The notes under the pieces: model-generated
What the model saw: only the letters and a program-made list of their open reading frames with translations
Databases searched by the model: none
What the model was told of the DNA's origin: nothing
Made by a program: the position numbers and the translations under genes
Assembly: GCA_038087875.1 (NCBI GenBank)
Contig: JAXLNO010000373.1
Coordinates: forward strand, 1-64,000
Length of the DNA: 64,000 nucleotides
Direction of reading: 5' to 3'
Source of the DNA: Malacoraja senta
Lineage: Eukaryota
Part shown: one piece after another, positions 1-12,176 of the stretch
Layout of the letters: each line of letters starts with the position of its first letter
How positions within the stretch are numbered: position 1 is the first letter of the stretch

Positions 1-355
1 CACTATAAATGATAAGGTAGACCAAAATGCTGGAGAAACTCAGCGGGTGCGGCAGCATCTATGGAGCGAAGGAAATAGGCAACGTTTCGGCCCGAAACCC
101 TTCCGGGTTTCGGCCCGAAACGTTGCCTATTTCCTTCAGGGTTTCGGCCCGAAAGGTTGCCCATTTCCTTCGCTCCACAGATGCTGCCTGACCCGCTGAG
201 TTACTCCAGCACTCTGTGAAACGTCACCTATCCATGTTCTCCACAGATGCTGCCTGACCCGCTGAGTTACTCCAGCACTCTGTGAAACGTCACCTATCCA
301 TGTTCTCCACAGATGCTGCCTGACCCGCTGAGTTACACCAGCATTTCGTGTCTAA
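1..355 (+). repeat. Composite pLTR-derived module, copy A (cut by window start)
   Basis: End of the unique core (cactataaatgataag), inverted pLTR block, then 66-bp units. Confidence 0.85.
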
Positions 356-620
356 CTTCTGAACATTAATAGCCCATTATTTGCACTTGATCAGTTTATG
401 TATTCATGTGTGTATATATTTATAGAATGGTATATGGACACACTGATCTGTTCTGTCGTCAATGCCTTCTATGTTCTGTTGTGCTGAAGCAAAGCAAGAA
501 TGTTATTGTCCTGTCTGGGACACATGACAATAAACTCTCTCTTGACTTGACGTCTTTCCTGCACCTATTCCTTCTGACCTCATGACGGGACTAAAGCGGG
601 CGGGACATGGCTCCACTCAC

Positions 621-956
621 CGGCCTGGTTGGTGGTGATGTTGACGGCTGTGAAGTGCGGGAGGAGGGAGTTCTTGCTGGAGACCCCGTTGACCGCCTGG
701 ATCTCGAAGGTGTAGCGGGTGTGGGCCAGGAGGTTGCTGATGAACACCCGCCGCTCGGTCAGGCCCAGCTGCCGGGGTACAAACTCCACGTTGTCGTCGC
801 AACGCGAGCACTGCCTGCCCTCCGCGCTGCACTTCTTGCAGATGATGTTGTACAGCAGGTCGTCCCGGCCCCCCGTGTCCCGCGGCTCGCTCCACTCCAG
901 GCTCAACGACGTCTCGTTTACACTGGAAATGACGCTCCGCACTGCCGACGGCACTC
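621..956 (-). CDS. EPHB3: EphB receptor coding exon, first fibronectin type III domain (336 bp, phase 1-1)
   Basis: Acceptor ttgtttccatgcAG and donor GTgagt on the minus strand. Translates (G)VPSAVRSVISSVNETSLSLEWSEPRDTGGRDDLLYNIICKKC...CSRCDDNVEFVPRQLGLTERRV...LLAHTRYTFEIQAVNGVS...AVNITTNQA. The LEWSEPRD, GRDDLLYN and LLAHTRYTF segments match EPHB3 from recall better than EPHB1/2. Confidence 0.93.
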
Positions 957-1065
957 CTGCATGGAAACAAGACGCTGTCAGATACAGTCTATATTCCCTT
1001 ATCTCGTTATTCCCTTATCATGTGTCTGTACACTGTAAACGGCTCAATTGTAATCACGTGTGGAC

Positions 1066-1578
1066 AATAGACAATGGACAATAGGTGCAGGAGTAGGCCA
1101 TTATTGCCCTTCGAGCCAGCACCGCCATTCAATGTGATCATGGCTGATCATCCCCAATCAGTACCCCGTTCCTGCCTTCTCCCCATATCCCCTGACTCCG
1201 CTATCTTTAAGAGCCCTATCTAGCTCTCTCTTGAAAGTATCCAGAGAACCGGCCTCCACCGCCCTCTGAGGCAGAGAATTCCACAGACTCACAACTCTCT
1301 GTGAGAAAAAGTGTTTCCTCGTCTCCGTTCTAAATGGCTTACCCCTTATTCTTAAACTGTTTGGCCCCTGGTTCTGGACTCCCCCAACATCGGGAACATG
1401 TTTCCTGCCTCTAGCGTGTCCAAACCCTTAATGATCTTATATGTTTCAATAAGATACCCTCTCATCCTTCTAAACTCCAGAGTGTACAAGCCCAGCCGCT
1501 CCATTCTCTCAGCATATGACAGTCCCGCCATTCCCGGGAATTAGCCTGGTGAACCTACGCTGCACTCCCTCAATAGCA
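1066..1578 (-). mobile_element. CR1/HER1-type LINE 3' fragment
   Basis: EGVQRRFTRLIPG...FFSQRVV...RGYGEKAGTGY with a (tattgtc)n tail. Confidence 0.85.
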
Positions 1579-1844
1579 CGAAGTTTCGTCCCACAGGCCA
1601 TCAGGACCGTGAACTCTGAGCTCACCGGGGCGTAAATACTGTTGCGTCTTCCTGTTTTAATGTAAATACTGGTTCTGTTCTTTTCTGTTGCTTTGCACAA
1701 TCCCGCAGGCATTGCCACTTTTATTTCACTGTACATCTTGTGTGTGTCTGTGGCAAATAAAGTTGACCTGACTGGACTTGTGAACAAGGAAATGGGTAAT
1801 AGGCCCAGATGATAGGAAAGCAAAATAGGTATGAAAAAATACTG

Positions 1845-2073
1845 TTTAAGAAGGAACTGCAGATGCTGGAAAATCGAAGGTAGACAAAAATGCTGGAGAA
1901 ACTCAGCGGGTGAGGCAGCATCTATGGAGCGAAGGAAATAGGCAACGTTTCGGGCCGAAACCCTTCTTCCCTACATCAGTCTGAAGAATGGTTTCGGCCC
2001 GAAACGTTGCCTATTTCCTTCGCTCCATAGATGCTGCCGCACCCGCTGAGTTTCTCCAGCAAATTTGTCCACC
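1845..2073. mobile_element. Inverted pair of Penelope pLTR fragments
   Basis: Head-to-head arms centred on the hammerhead motif. Near-perfect TSD tatgaa(c)aaaatactg at 1830-1844 and 2074-2089. Confidence 0.8.
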
Positions 2074-5000
2074 TATGAACAAAATACTGGTTTGGATTCA
2101 TCAGATTCCATTTTGTAAAAAACCTCACTCGCAGAGTAACCTCAGAGTTGAATAAAAGGAGTCAATTTGTTTTATTAATCTTCAGTTTCAGACAGCGTGT
2201 TATCTTTTTCTGAAAAAAGGATTTTCTACAAAGTTTCCCACCAATGGGATAAAAAGAGGCCTTTTACAGCATCTACCTGGCATTGGATATAGAGTGTCAC
2301 TATCTCCACTGCCTTCTATCTATTCATTATCAGTGTGGTGCAGGCACTAGTGTGGCTGTCAAAACTACGTCTGAGGTCGTTCCTACGTTCTTCTGGACAA
2401 AAATAAATCAGGGTCTCAGATGTTCTGGGACGGTTCATCATTTAAAAACAGAACGTGGCCCAGATGTCAACAAGCTTTCATTTTATTTGATAACTTTTTT
2501 AATTTAGATTTAGTTTTAGAGATACAGCCAGCGATCCCCGCACACTAACACTATCCTACTCCCAGCAGGGACAATTTATACCAAGCCAATTAACCAGTAC
2601 GTCTTTGGAGTGTGGGAGGATAACGAAGATCTTGGAGAAAACCCACGCAGGTCACGGGGAGAACGTACAAACTTCGTACAGGCAGCACCCGTAGTCGGGA
2701 TCGAACCCGTGTCTCCGACGCTGCATTCGCTGTAAGGTAGCAACTCTACCGCTGCGCCACCGTGCCGCTTTAAAAGAAAATTGGATTTGCTTGTCCAGTG
2801 ACCGTCATGGAGTGTTTTGAAGATGATAAATGCTGCATCTTCTCCACCTACTCTACACAATAACTAACATGACTCAAACTGATGACAATGGAGATCAGTT
2901 TGGTTTATTGTCACTTGGACCGAGGTACAGTGAAAAGATTTTGTTGCGTGCTATCCAGTCGCGGTGAGACAATAGACGATAGGTGCAGGAGTAGGCCATT
3001 CGGCCCTTCGAGCCAGCACCGCCATTCAATGAGATCATGGCTGATACAGCATGGAAGCAGGCCCTTCAGCCCACCTAGCCCAGGCCGACCATCAACCACC
3101 AATGTGCACCCATCCGACACCCATCCCATTCCTATCCTCTCTACACAGCAGCCAACATATTCAAAGATAGACACAAAGTGCTGGAGTAACTCAGCGGGTC
3201 AGGCAGCACCACTGGAGAAAAGGGATAGGTGGCGTTTCAGGTCGAGACCTTTTATTCAGACTGGTTTCCACCCTAAGATTAGATGTAGTGAAAGAATGGG
3301 CTTACATATCAGTAGTAAGTAGAAAGGAAGTTTCCATTGTCAGCAGAATAAATAAATAGAAGAACCCAATACTCGATAGTGGGGGTGGGAAACCAGCGGC
3401 ATCTAACGGTCCAGAACAAATCATCGCTCTGATTCACACTGAACCTGTTTGTACAGTATCTCCAGTTTCCCTCTCCCTTGTATTTGGTTAAGTTGGTGTT
3501 CTCCAGGGGTCAGTACAGTCCAGGGTTGGCACGGTGGTGTAGTGGTAGAGCTCACAGCTCCAGAGACCCGGGTTCGATCCCGACTACGGGTGCTGTCTGT
3601 ACGGAGTTTGTACGCTCTCCCCGTGACCCGCGTGGGTTTTCTCCGAGACCTTCGGTTTCCTCCCACGCCCTAAAGACGTAGAAGGCAGGAATGGGATACT
3701 GATTGTGGATGATCAGCCATTGAATGGCGGTGCTGGCTTGAAGGGCCGAATGGCCTACTCCTACACCTATTGTCTATCGTCTATTAATTGGCTTCTGCAA
3801 ATTGTCCCAGGTGTGCGATCGAACTAGTGTAGGGGTGATCACCAGTCAGCATATGGGGTTAGGAGGGAGAGATAGATCAGTGATGATTGAATGGCGGAGT
3901 AGTCTTGATGGGCCAAATGGCCTAACTCTGCTCCTATCACTTATGACCCGATGATCACGGGCTCAGTGGACCGAAGAACCTGTTTCTGCGCTGTATCTGT
4001 AAACTAAACTAAGCTAATCTGTATTGCTGGACATTTGTTTAACGTTATGTTAACATTTCATTTCAAACACCAATCTTTCATCATATGATAAAAAGCATTG
4101 ATGGAAGCAGCCAATCTCACGGCCATTATCTACACTCGTTCAAATCTTTCTTTCCCCACTTGTTGACAGAAATGGCAGCAATATTTAAGCAATGGTACGC
4201 AGGGATAATACACTGGTTAGTTTACTTTCCAGAAATTTGACATTGTTGATGTTTCGGGATCTTTCAGATTCATCCTTAGTTATTTCAATACCATTTAATA
4301 GCTATTATACGTCAACAGCTCTTCAATTCTCTATAACATACAACGCCTTTCATCCCTTTTGCGATCCTTTGTGCTAGACTTTGGAGTTTAGAGATACAGC
4401 GCGGAAACAGGCCCCTCGGCTCAGAGCCAGCGATCGCCCTGTACACTAGCACTATCCTACACTCTAGGGTCAATTCACGTGCAAACTCCGTGCAGGCAGC
4501 ACCCGTCGTCAGGACCGGGCCCGGGGTCTCAGGCGCTGTGAGGCAGCGACTCTACCGCTGCTCCACCGTGCCACCCTTTTCCTAGCTGTGAGGGTTCTAA
4601 AACTAGAGGGCACAGACCTGCGTTTGGAGGGGAGAGATTTTAGAAGGAATTTTTCACTCAGAGGGTCGTCCGTATCTGGAACGAGCTGCCGGAGGAAGCT
4701 GGAGAAGTGGACACAGTTATAACTTTTAGAAGACATTTGGACAGACGTAGGGACATGATGGGTTTAGAGTGCTATGGGCAAATGGTACTAGGAAGATTGG
4801 AAGAATGAGGGGGGACCTCGTTGAAACTTACAGAACAGTGAAAGGCCTGGATGGAGTGGATGTGGAGAGGATGTTTCCACTAGTGGGAGAGTCTAGGACC
4901 AGAGAACATATCCTCAGAATTAAAGGACATTCTCTTATGAAGGAGATGAGGAGGAATTTCTTTAGTCAGATGGTGGTGAATCTGTGGAATTCTTTGTCAC

Positions 5001-8000
5001 AGAAGGCTGTGGAGTACAAGTGAGTGGATATGTTTAAGGCAGAGATGGATAGATTCTTGATTAGTACGGGTATCGGGGGTTATGGGGAGAAGGCAGGAGA
5101 ATGGGGATAGGAGGGATAGATAAATCAGCCACGATTGAATGATGGAGTAGACTTGATGGGCCGAATGGCCTATTCCTTGTGACCTTATGACCAGCCCAGT
5201 ATACCAACTTGGGAGGCATGGAGGAGGAGGGCTGAAGGGCCTGTTTCCATGCTGTACAGCTCCGTGACTCTTCCAAGAACTTTCTGACCATTTTGGATGT
5301 TTTATTGTTTAAGAAGTAACTGCAGATGCTGGAAAAAAGCGAAGGCAGACAAAAATGCTGGAGAAACTCAGCGGGTGAGGCAGCATCTATGGAGCGAAGG
5401 AATAGGTGATGTTTCGTGTCGAGACCCTTCTTCAGAAGGAATAGGTGACGTTTCGGTTCGAGACCCTTCTTCAGGAATAGGTAACGTTTCGGGTCGAGGA
5501 GTGTAAAATCTCAGTCCGCAAAATGAGACACAAGCAACCACAGATGCTAGACTGGAGAAGGGTCTCGACCCGAAACGTCACCTATTTCCTTCGCTCCATG
5601 GATGCTGCCCCACCCGCTGAGTTTCTCCAGCATTTTTGTCTACCTTTGTATGTTTTAATGAGTGTTCTTATGGGCTAAAACCTCTCCCAGCAATCAGGCG
5701 ACTGAACTTTCATTGCCCTCCTTGCAGAGGCTTCCTTCGTTGGGGAAAACAAAACATCTGCGTAACTCTGCCTTTGTGGCCTCACTGAAACTCAATAGAC
5801 TTTCAGTAAGACTTCTGTAATCAAATCCATTTGTAATAAAAGGCCCACACATTGTTTGCCTTCTAAATCGCTGGCTGCACCCATTCTCATTATGAGTGAT
5901 GCAGGAGTTGAGATTCCCCTTCAAGCTACTGATATTCACCACGCTACACGGCATTGTCGCCGAACTCCACGGAAGCACGCCTTAGATATGAGGCACTCCG
6001 CAACGCAGTGCTATGTACACAACTCTGGACTGTAAACCAGAATTTCCAGTTTTGGGATTAGAGATAGAGCATGGAAACAGGTGATTTGGCCCACCGAGTC
6101 ACCCATTCATAACACGAGTTCATAAGGTCACAAGTGATAGGAGCGGAATTACGCCATTCGGCCCATCGGGTCTCCTACGCCATTCAATCATGAATGAATA
6201 CGTTTCACATATTCACATACAAGGAATTTGCCTTGGTGCTCCGCCCGCAAGTGACAACATGGAAACATAGACAATAGGTGCAGGAGTAGGCCATTCGGCC
6301 CTTCGAGCCTGCACCGCCATTCAATATGATCATGGCTGATCATCCAACTCAGTATCCTGTACCTGCCTTCTCTCCATACCCTTTGATCCCTTTAGCCACA
6401 AGGGCCACATCTAACTCCCTCTTAAATATAGCCAATGAACTGGCCTCAACTACCTTCTGTGGCAGAGAGTTCCACAGATTCACCACTCTCTGTGTGAAAA
6501 ATAAAATTCTCATCTCGGTCCTAAAAGACTTCCCCCTTATCCTTAAACTGTGACCCCTTGTTCTGGACTTCCCCAACATCGGGAACAATCTTCCTGCATC
6601 TAGCCTGTCCAACCCCTTAAGAATTTTGTAAGTTTCTATAAGATCCCCCCTCAATCTTCTAAATTCTAGCGAGGAACATGACATAGAGAATCGAGTTAGG
6701 AGGGAGATATTAATGTTTAATGTTTTATGTGTCATTCCTATCTCCCTCCTAACTCGATTCTCCTGCCTTCTCCCCCACCATAACCTCCGACACCCGCACT
6801 AATCAAGAATCTGTTCATCTCCACCTTAAAAATACCAATGGGTCGACTTCCACTGCCGTCCGTGGCAATGAGTTCCACTGAAGAAGTTCTTCCTCGTCTC
6901 TTTTCTAAAGGTGCGACCTGATTCCATGTTATCCCACTTTCTCATCCACTCCCTACGCACGTTACACAGCACCTCTACTCTCAGGAACTGATGGTTTGTC
7001 TCCCAGGATGTTTGAAAGTGGTGCCCGTGGTGATATTGGCTGCAAGGCCTATACACTTCTCAACCTCTGTACAAGGCAGCAAATGGATTCTCACAACTTG
7101 AAAAACATCTTTCCCGATTAAGTCTGAAGAACGGTCCCGACCCGTAACATATTCCCGATGTTGGGGGAGTCCAGAACCAGGGGCCACAGTTTAAGAATAA
7201 GGGGTAAGCCATTTAGAACGGAGACGAGGAAACACTTGTTCACTTTTTCAGTCGTGAGTTTGTGGAATTCTCTGCCTCAGGTGGCGGTGGAGGCAGGTTC
7301 TCTGGATGCTTTCAAGAGAGAGCTAGATAGGGATCTTAAAGATAGCGGAGTCAGGGGATATGGGGAGAAGGCAGGAACGGGGTACTGATTGGGGATGATC
7401 AGCCATGATCACATTGAATGGCGGTGCTGGCTGGAAGGGCCGAATGGCTTATTCCTGCACCTATTGTCTATTGTCTATTGAAACATGACCTAGCCATAAG
7501 TTCATATGTTATAGGAGCAGAATTAGGCCATTCAGCCCATCAAGTCTACACCGCCATTCAATCATGGCTGATCTATCTTTCCCTCCTAACCCCATTCTCC
7601 TGCCTTCTCCCCATAATCCCTGACACCCGTACTAATCAAGAATCTGTCTATCTCTGCCTTAAAAATATCCACTGACTTGGCCTCCACAGCCTTCTGTGGC
7701 AAAGAATTCCACAGATTCACCACCCTCTGACTAAAGAAATTCCTCCTCGTCTCCTTCATAAGAGAACACCCTTTAATTCTGAGGCTGTGACCTCTAGTTC
7801 TAGACTCTCCCACTAGTGGAAACATCCTCTCCACATCCACTCTATCCAGGCCTTTCACTGTTCTGTACGTTTCAATGAGGTGCCCCCCTCATTCTTCTAA
7901 ACTTCTAGTCTCATTTGCCCATTGCCCGATGCCAAGAAAAACTGATCACATCTGCCTGCACGTGATCCATATCCCTGCCTATCCACGTGCCTGTCTAAAA

Positions 8001-8198
8001 GCCTCTTAAACACCACTGTCGCATCTGCCTCCACCACCACCCCTGGCAGCGCGTTCCAGGCACCTCGTGTGAAAGAACTTGCCCCACATGTCTCCCTTAA
8101 GTTGTCAGCTGCCATCAGGCAACTGAACCATCCTACCACAACTGGAGAGCAGCCCCTGTACGACTATCTACCTCATTGGTGACCCTCGGACTATCTTT

Positions 8199-8461
8199 AA
8201 GAAAGAACTGCAGATGCTGGAAAAATCGAAGGTAGACAAAAATGCTGGAGAAACTCAGCGGGTGAGGCAGCATCTATGGAGCAAAGGAATAGGTGACGTT
8301 TCGGGTCGAGACCACATCAGTCTGAAAAGGGGTCTCGACCCGAAACGTCACCTATTCCTTCGCTCCATAGATGTTTCCGGGTCTTGACCTGAAACGTCAC
8401 CTATTTCCTTCGCTCCATAGATGCTGCCTCACCCGCTGAGTTTCTCCAGCATTATTGTCTA
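8199..8461. mobile_element. Inverted Penelope pLTR insertion inside a Rex1 3'UTR
   Basis: Exact 15-bp TSD cctcggactatcttt at 8184-8198 and 8462-8476. Confidence 0.82.
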
Positions 8462-9068
8462 CCTCGGACTATCTTTGATCAGACTTTACTGGCTTTATCT
8501 TCCACTAAACGTGATTCATATTTTTCCCTTTATCCTGTATCTGTACACTGCGGATGGATCGATTGTAATCATGTATTGTCTTTCCCGCTGACTGGATAGC
8601 ACGCAACAAAAAGCTTTTCACTGTACCTCGGTACACGTGACAAATGACGAACCGTGGCATAAGTATTTACTTAAGGGGCGTCACGGTGGCATGCACATCT
8701 TTCATTCATTGTTCTTTATCTCTCTACATCACCGTCTATATCTCTCGCTTCCCTCTCCCCTGACTAGTCTGAAGAAGGGTCTGACCCGAAACGTCACCCT
8801 TCCATTCCTTCTCTTCACAGATACTGCCTGTCCCGCTGAGTTACTCCAGCTTTTTGTGTCTACATAGCTGTAGAACTACTGCCTGACCACTACACAGAGG
8901 TCCAGGTTCGATCCTGACTATGGGTGCTATCTGTACGGAGTTTGCACGTTCTCCCCGTGACCTGCGTGACTTTTCTCCGGGATCTTCGTTTTCCTCCCAC
9001 ACTCCAAAGACGTACAGGTTTGTAGGCTAATTGGCTTTGGTATAAATGTAAAAAATATGTCCCGCGTG

Positions 9069-9730
9069 CAAGGGTTCGGAAACCTGGGGTAAATTTACCC
9101 TCCAGGGGGTAAATTTGTTGATTGTGGATTTGTAGATATTTTTTCTCGTTTACTGACTTTGACTGTGTTTGGTTCTGGTACACCGGTATCTGTTCATCAT
9201 TAGTTGTTCATAAATAAGTGAAAATAACATTCTTATGTGCTATTAAAGTTGCCGGGGGGTACATAGATACATAGATAATAGGTGCAGGAGTAGGCCATTC
9301 GGCCCTTCGAGCCTGCACCGCCATTCAATATGATCATGGCTGATCATCCAACTCAGTATCCCGTACCTGCCTTCTCTCCATACCCCCTGATCCCTTTAGC
9401 CACAAGGGCCACATCTAACTCCCTCTTAAATATAGCCAATGAACTGGCCTCAACTACCCTCTGTGGCAGAGAGTTGCAGAGATTCACCACTCTCTGTGTG
9501 AAAAAGTTTTTCCTCATCTCGGTCTTAAAGGATTTCCCCCTTATCCTTAAGCTGTGACCCCTTGTCCTGGACTTCCCCAACATCGGGAACAATCTTCCTG
9601 CATCTAGCCTGTCCAACCCCATAAGAATTTTGTACGTTTCTATAAGATCCCCTCTCAATCTCCTAAATTCTAGCGAGTATAAGCCAAGTCTATCCAGTCT
9701 AAATGGGACGAAAAAGGTTGGGAATCCCTG
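9069..9730. mobile_element. hAT (Charlie-like) non-autonomous element inside a SINE, itself interrupted by CR1
   Basis: caagggttcggaaacct ... aggttgggaatccctg. Decayed 8-bp flanks cccgcgtg/cgttagtg correspond to the SINE site ccctagtg. Confidence 0.68.
9262..9700 (-). mobile_element. CR1 3' fragment nested in a hAT element
   Basis: RGDLIETYKILMGLDRLDAGRLF...; near-identical to 56431-56846. Confidence 0.85.
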
Positions 9731-10679
9731 CGTTAGTGTGTGTAGGGTTGTCTTAATGTGCGTGCATCGCTGGTCGGCACGGACCCGGTGGGCCGAAGGG
9801 CCCTGTTTCCACCCTGCATCTCTTAAACCAAGCCAAACAAAGTATGAGAAAAAGAACAGTTTGCAGAAAGACGCACTTCAGCAAAGGTGATTAAAAGCCC
9901 GGTGACATTGGGAGATGGCGTGTTAAAAGGAATCCGTGTTTTTCAGCTTTGTAAGGTGGTACCCATGCACTAAACCTCTCCCATGGCCAGAGTAAACATC
10001 CAGTTTGAAAGGTACTCAGCTTTACAATCAATGTTGAATAACGGCCCACAGGCACAGATGTGCTTGCTTAAGATTTACAGACTGGCACATTGGCCATTAA
10101 TGTACTGGAGGTGCTTTTACCATTCCAGATAATTAAACTGCAAATATCCCAATGGCACTATAAAAATATCTGGCCCTGACATGTCCCCTTCGCTGCCATA
10201 AAAACTCAGCAACTAATGGGTTTGGGATCACAGAGAAAACAGAAAGAAGATTATAAAAGCCTTGGAAGTGATTTTCAAACGCCTGTCTTTGTTCTCGGTA
10301 AGTCATTGTCTGTCTTAATGCCCTTCTCAAGACAAGCTGTTACTTAGGACGACAAACTATTCAAAGCAAGAGATTTTATGCCGTGTTTAGGCAGCTAACA
10401 TTCCGCAATTACTGCTCTAACGCTAACAAAACCGCACTAGATTGGTGCCGAAAGAATGTTTTTCTCACAGAGAGTTGTGAGTGTGGAATTCTCTGCCTCA
10501 GAGGGCGGTGGAGGCCGGTTCTCTGGATGTTTTCAAGAGAGAGCTAGATAGGGCTCTTAAAGATAGCGGAGTCAGGGGATATGGGGAGAAGGCAGGAACG
10601 GGGTGCTGATTGGGGATGATCAGCCATGATGGCTGGCTCGATGGGCCGAATGGCCTACTCCTGCACCTATTGTCTCTTG

Positions 10680-10985
10680 TTTAGTTTAGTTTAGAGATAC
10701 AGCGCGGAAACAGGCCCATTCGGCCCACCGAGTCCGCGCCGACCAGCGATCCCCGCACATTAACACTACCCTACACACACACTAGGGACAATTTTACATT
10801 TACACCAAGCCAATTAACCTGCAAACCTGCACGTCTTTGGAGTGTGGAAGGAAACCGAAGATCCCGGAGAAAACCCACGCAGGTCACGGGGAGAACGTGC
10901 AAACTCCGTACAGACAGCACCCGTAGTCGGGATCGAACCCGGGTCTCTGGCGTGGTAAGGCAGTAGTTTTACCGCTGCGCCACTG
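10680..10985 (-). mobile_element. tRNA-derived SINE (HE1/V-SINE-like), near full length; representative of more than 20 copies
   Basis: A box tggcgcagcgg, B box ggttcgatccc, central tttcctcccacactccaaagacgt domain, CR1-like tail gggccgaa(t/g)ggcctgtttcc...(ctaaa)n. Confidence 0.85.
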
Positions 10986-12020
10986 TTTCACCTTGGTTGG
11001 ATCTTGGTTAAGGGCAACAAGATTTAAATCAGGGATCTGGAATTAGTCGTCCTGCCCAATTGGTTGTGTTTCTGGCTTGAAGCTTACTGTTAATGGTGTG
11101 AGGGTAGACAAAAATGCTGGAGAAACTCAGTGGGTAAGGCAGCATCTATGGACAATAGACAATAGACAATAGGTGCAGGAGTAGGACATTCGGCCCTTCG
11201 AGCCATTCAATGTGATCATGGCTGATCATCCCCAATCAGTACCCCGTTCCTGCCTTCTCCCCATATCCCCTGGCTCCGCTATCTTTAAGAGCCCTATCTA
11301 GCTCTCTCTTGAAAGTATCCAGAGAACCGGCCTCCACCAGAGAATTTCACAGACTCACAACTCTCTGTGAGAAAAAAGTGTTTCCTCGTCTCCGTTCTAA
11401 ATGGCTTACCCCTTATTCTTAAACTGTGGCCCCTGGTTCTGGAATCCCCCAACATCGGGAACATGTTTCCTGCCTCTAGCGTGTCCAAACCCTTAACAAT
11501 CTATGGAGCGAAGGAATAGGTGAGGTTTCGGGTCGAGACCCTTCATCAGACTCATAGTGTGAGAATTTGTTGTTAAAGATCATACAATTCACAAAAGGAA
11601 TGAATCACAAATCCCTTTTCCCCAGAGATGCTGCCTGACCCGCCGAGTTACTCCAGCACTTGGTGTCTATCTTTGGTATAAACCAGCATCTGCAGTTCCT
11701 TTCTGCACAGACAATGGAAGGCAGCTATTCAATATTGTAATGATCAGTATTTGGAACAACTTTGGTGAAGAAAGTTAATCTTTGCGGGTTTGCGAAATAA
11801 ACGGCCTTTAATTCTGAGGCTGTGACCTCTAGTCCTAGACTCTCCCACTGGTGGAAACATCCTCTCCACATCCACTCTATCCAGGCCTTTCACTATTCGG
11901 TAACGTTTCAATGAGGTCCCCCCCCTCGTTCTTCTAAACTCCAGCGAGTACAGGCCCAGCACAGTCAAACGGCTCATCGCATGTTAGCCCACTCGTAGCG
12001 GGAGTGAGTTTGTGACTCAC

Positions 12021-12176
12021 CGGTACAGCCCATCTCCGGCTGATCACTGTCCGCCCGGTAGAAGCCAGTCTTGCACGGGCAGAAGGTCGCTCCCTCAGAA
12101 CTGATGCGGCTGTTCGACGGACACAGCGAACAGGGCTCCTCGCCCTGCCGCGACTTAAACGTCCCCTGGCGACACG
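12021..12176 (-). CDS. EPHB3: EphB receptor coding exon, cysteine-rich/EGF-like region (156 bp, phase 1-1); not shown in this frame by the ORF track
   Basis: Acceptor ttgtttttctccAG and donor GTgagt. Translates (A)CRQGTFKSRQGEEPCSLCPSNSRISSEGATFCPCKTGFYRADSDQPEMGCT. The final G joins GA of the next exon to give Gly, in frame with 956..621. Confidence 0.93.

Larger units (their letters stand above)
957..12020 (-). other. EPHB3: EPHB3 intron between the Cys-rich and FN3-1 exons (~11 kb)
   Basis: GT...AG bounded and phase-compatible with both exons. Confidence 0.88.

Noticed and set aside
580..620. ORF-track C-terminal extension GEWSHVPPALVPS* as a secreted EPHB3 isoform
   Set aside because: It is read-through past a strong GTGAGT donor, with no transcript evidence. 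The ORF's 'M' is a GTG codon inside the exon.
607..1084. Plus-strand ORFs 607..1038 and 719..1084
   Set aside because: Antisense shadows of the GC-rich EPHB3 exon.
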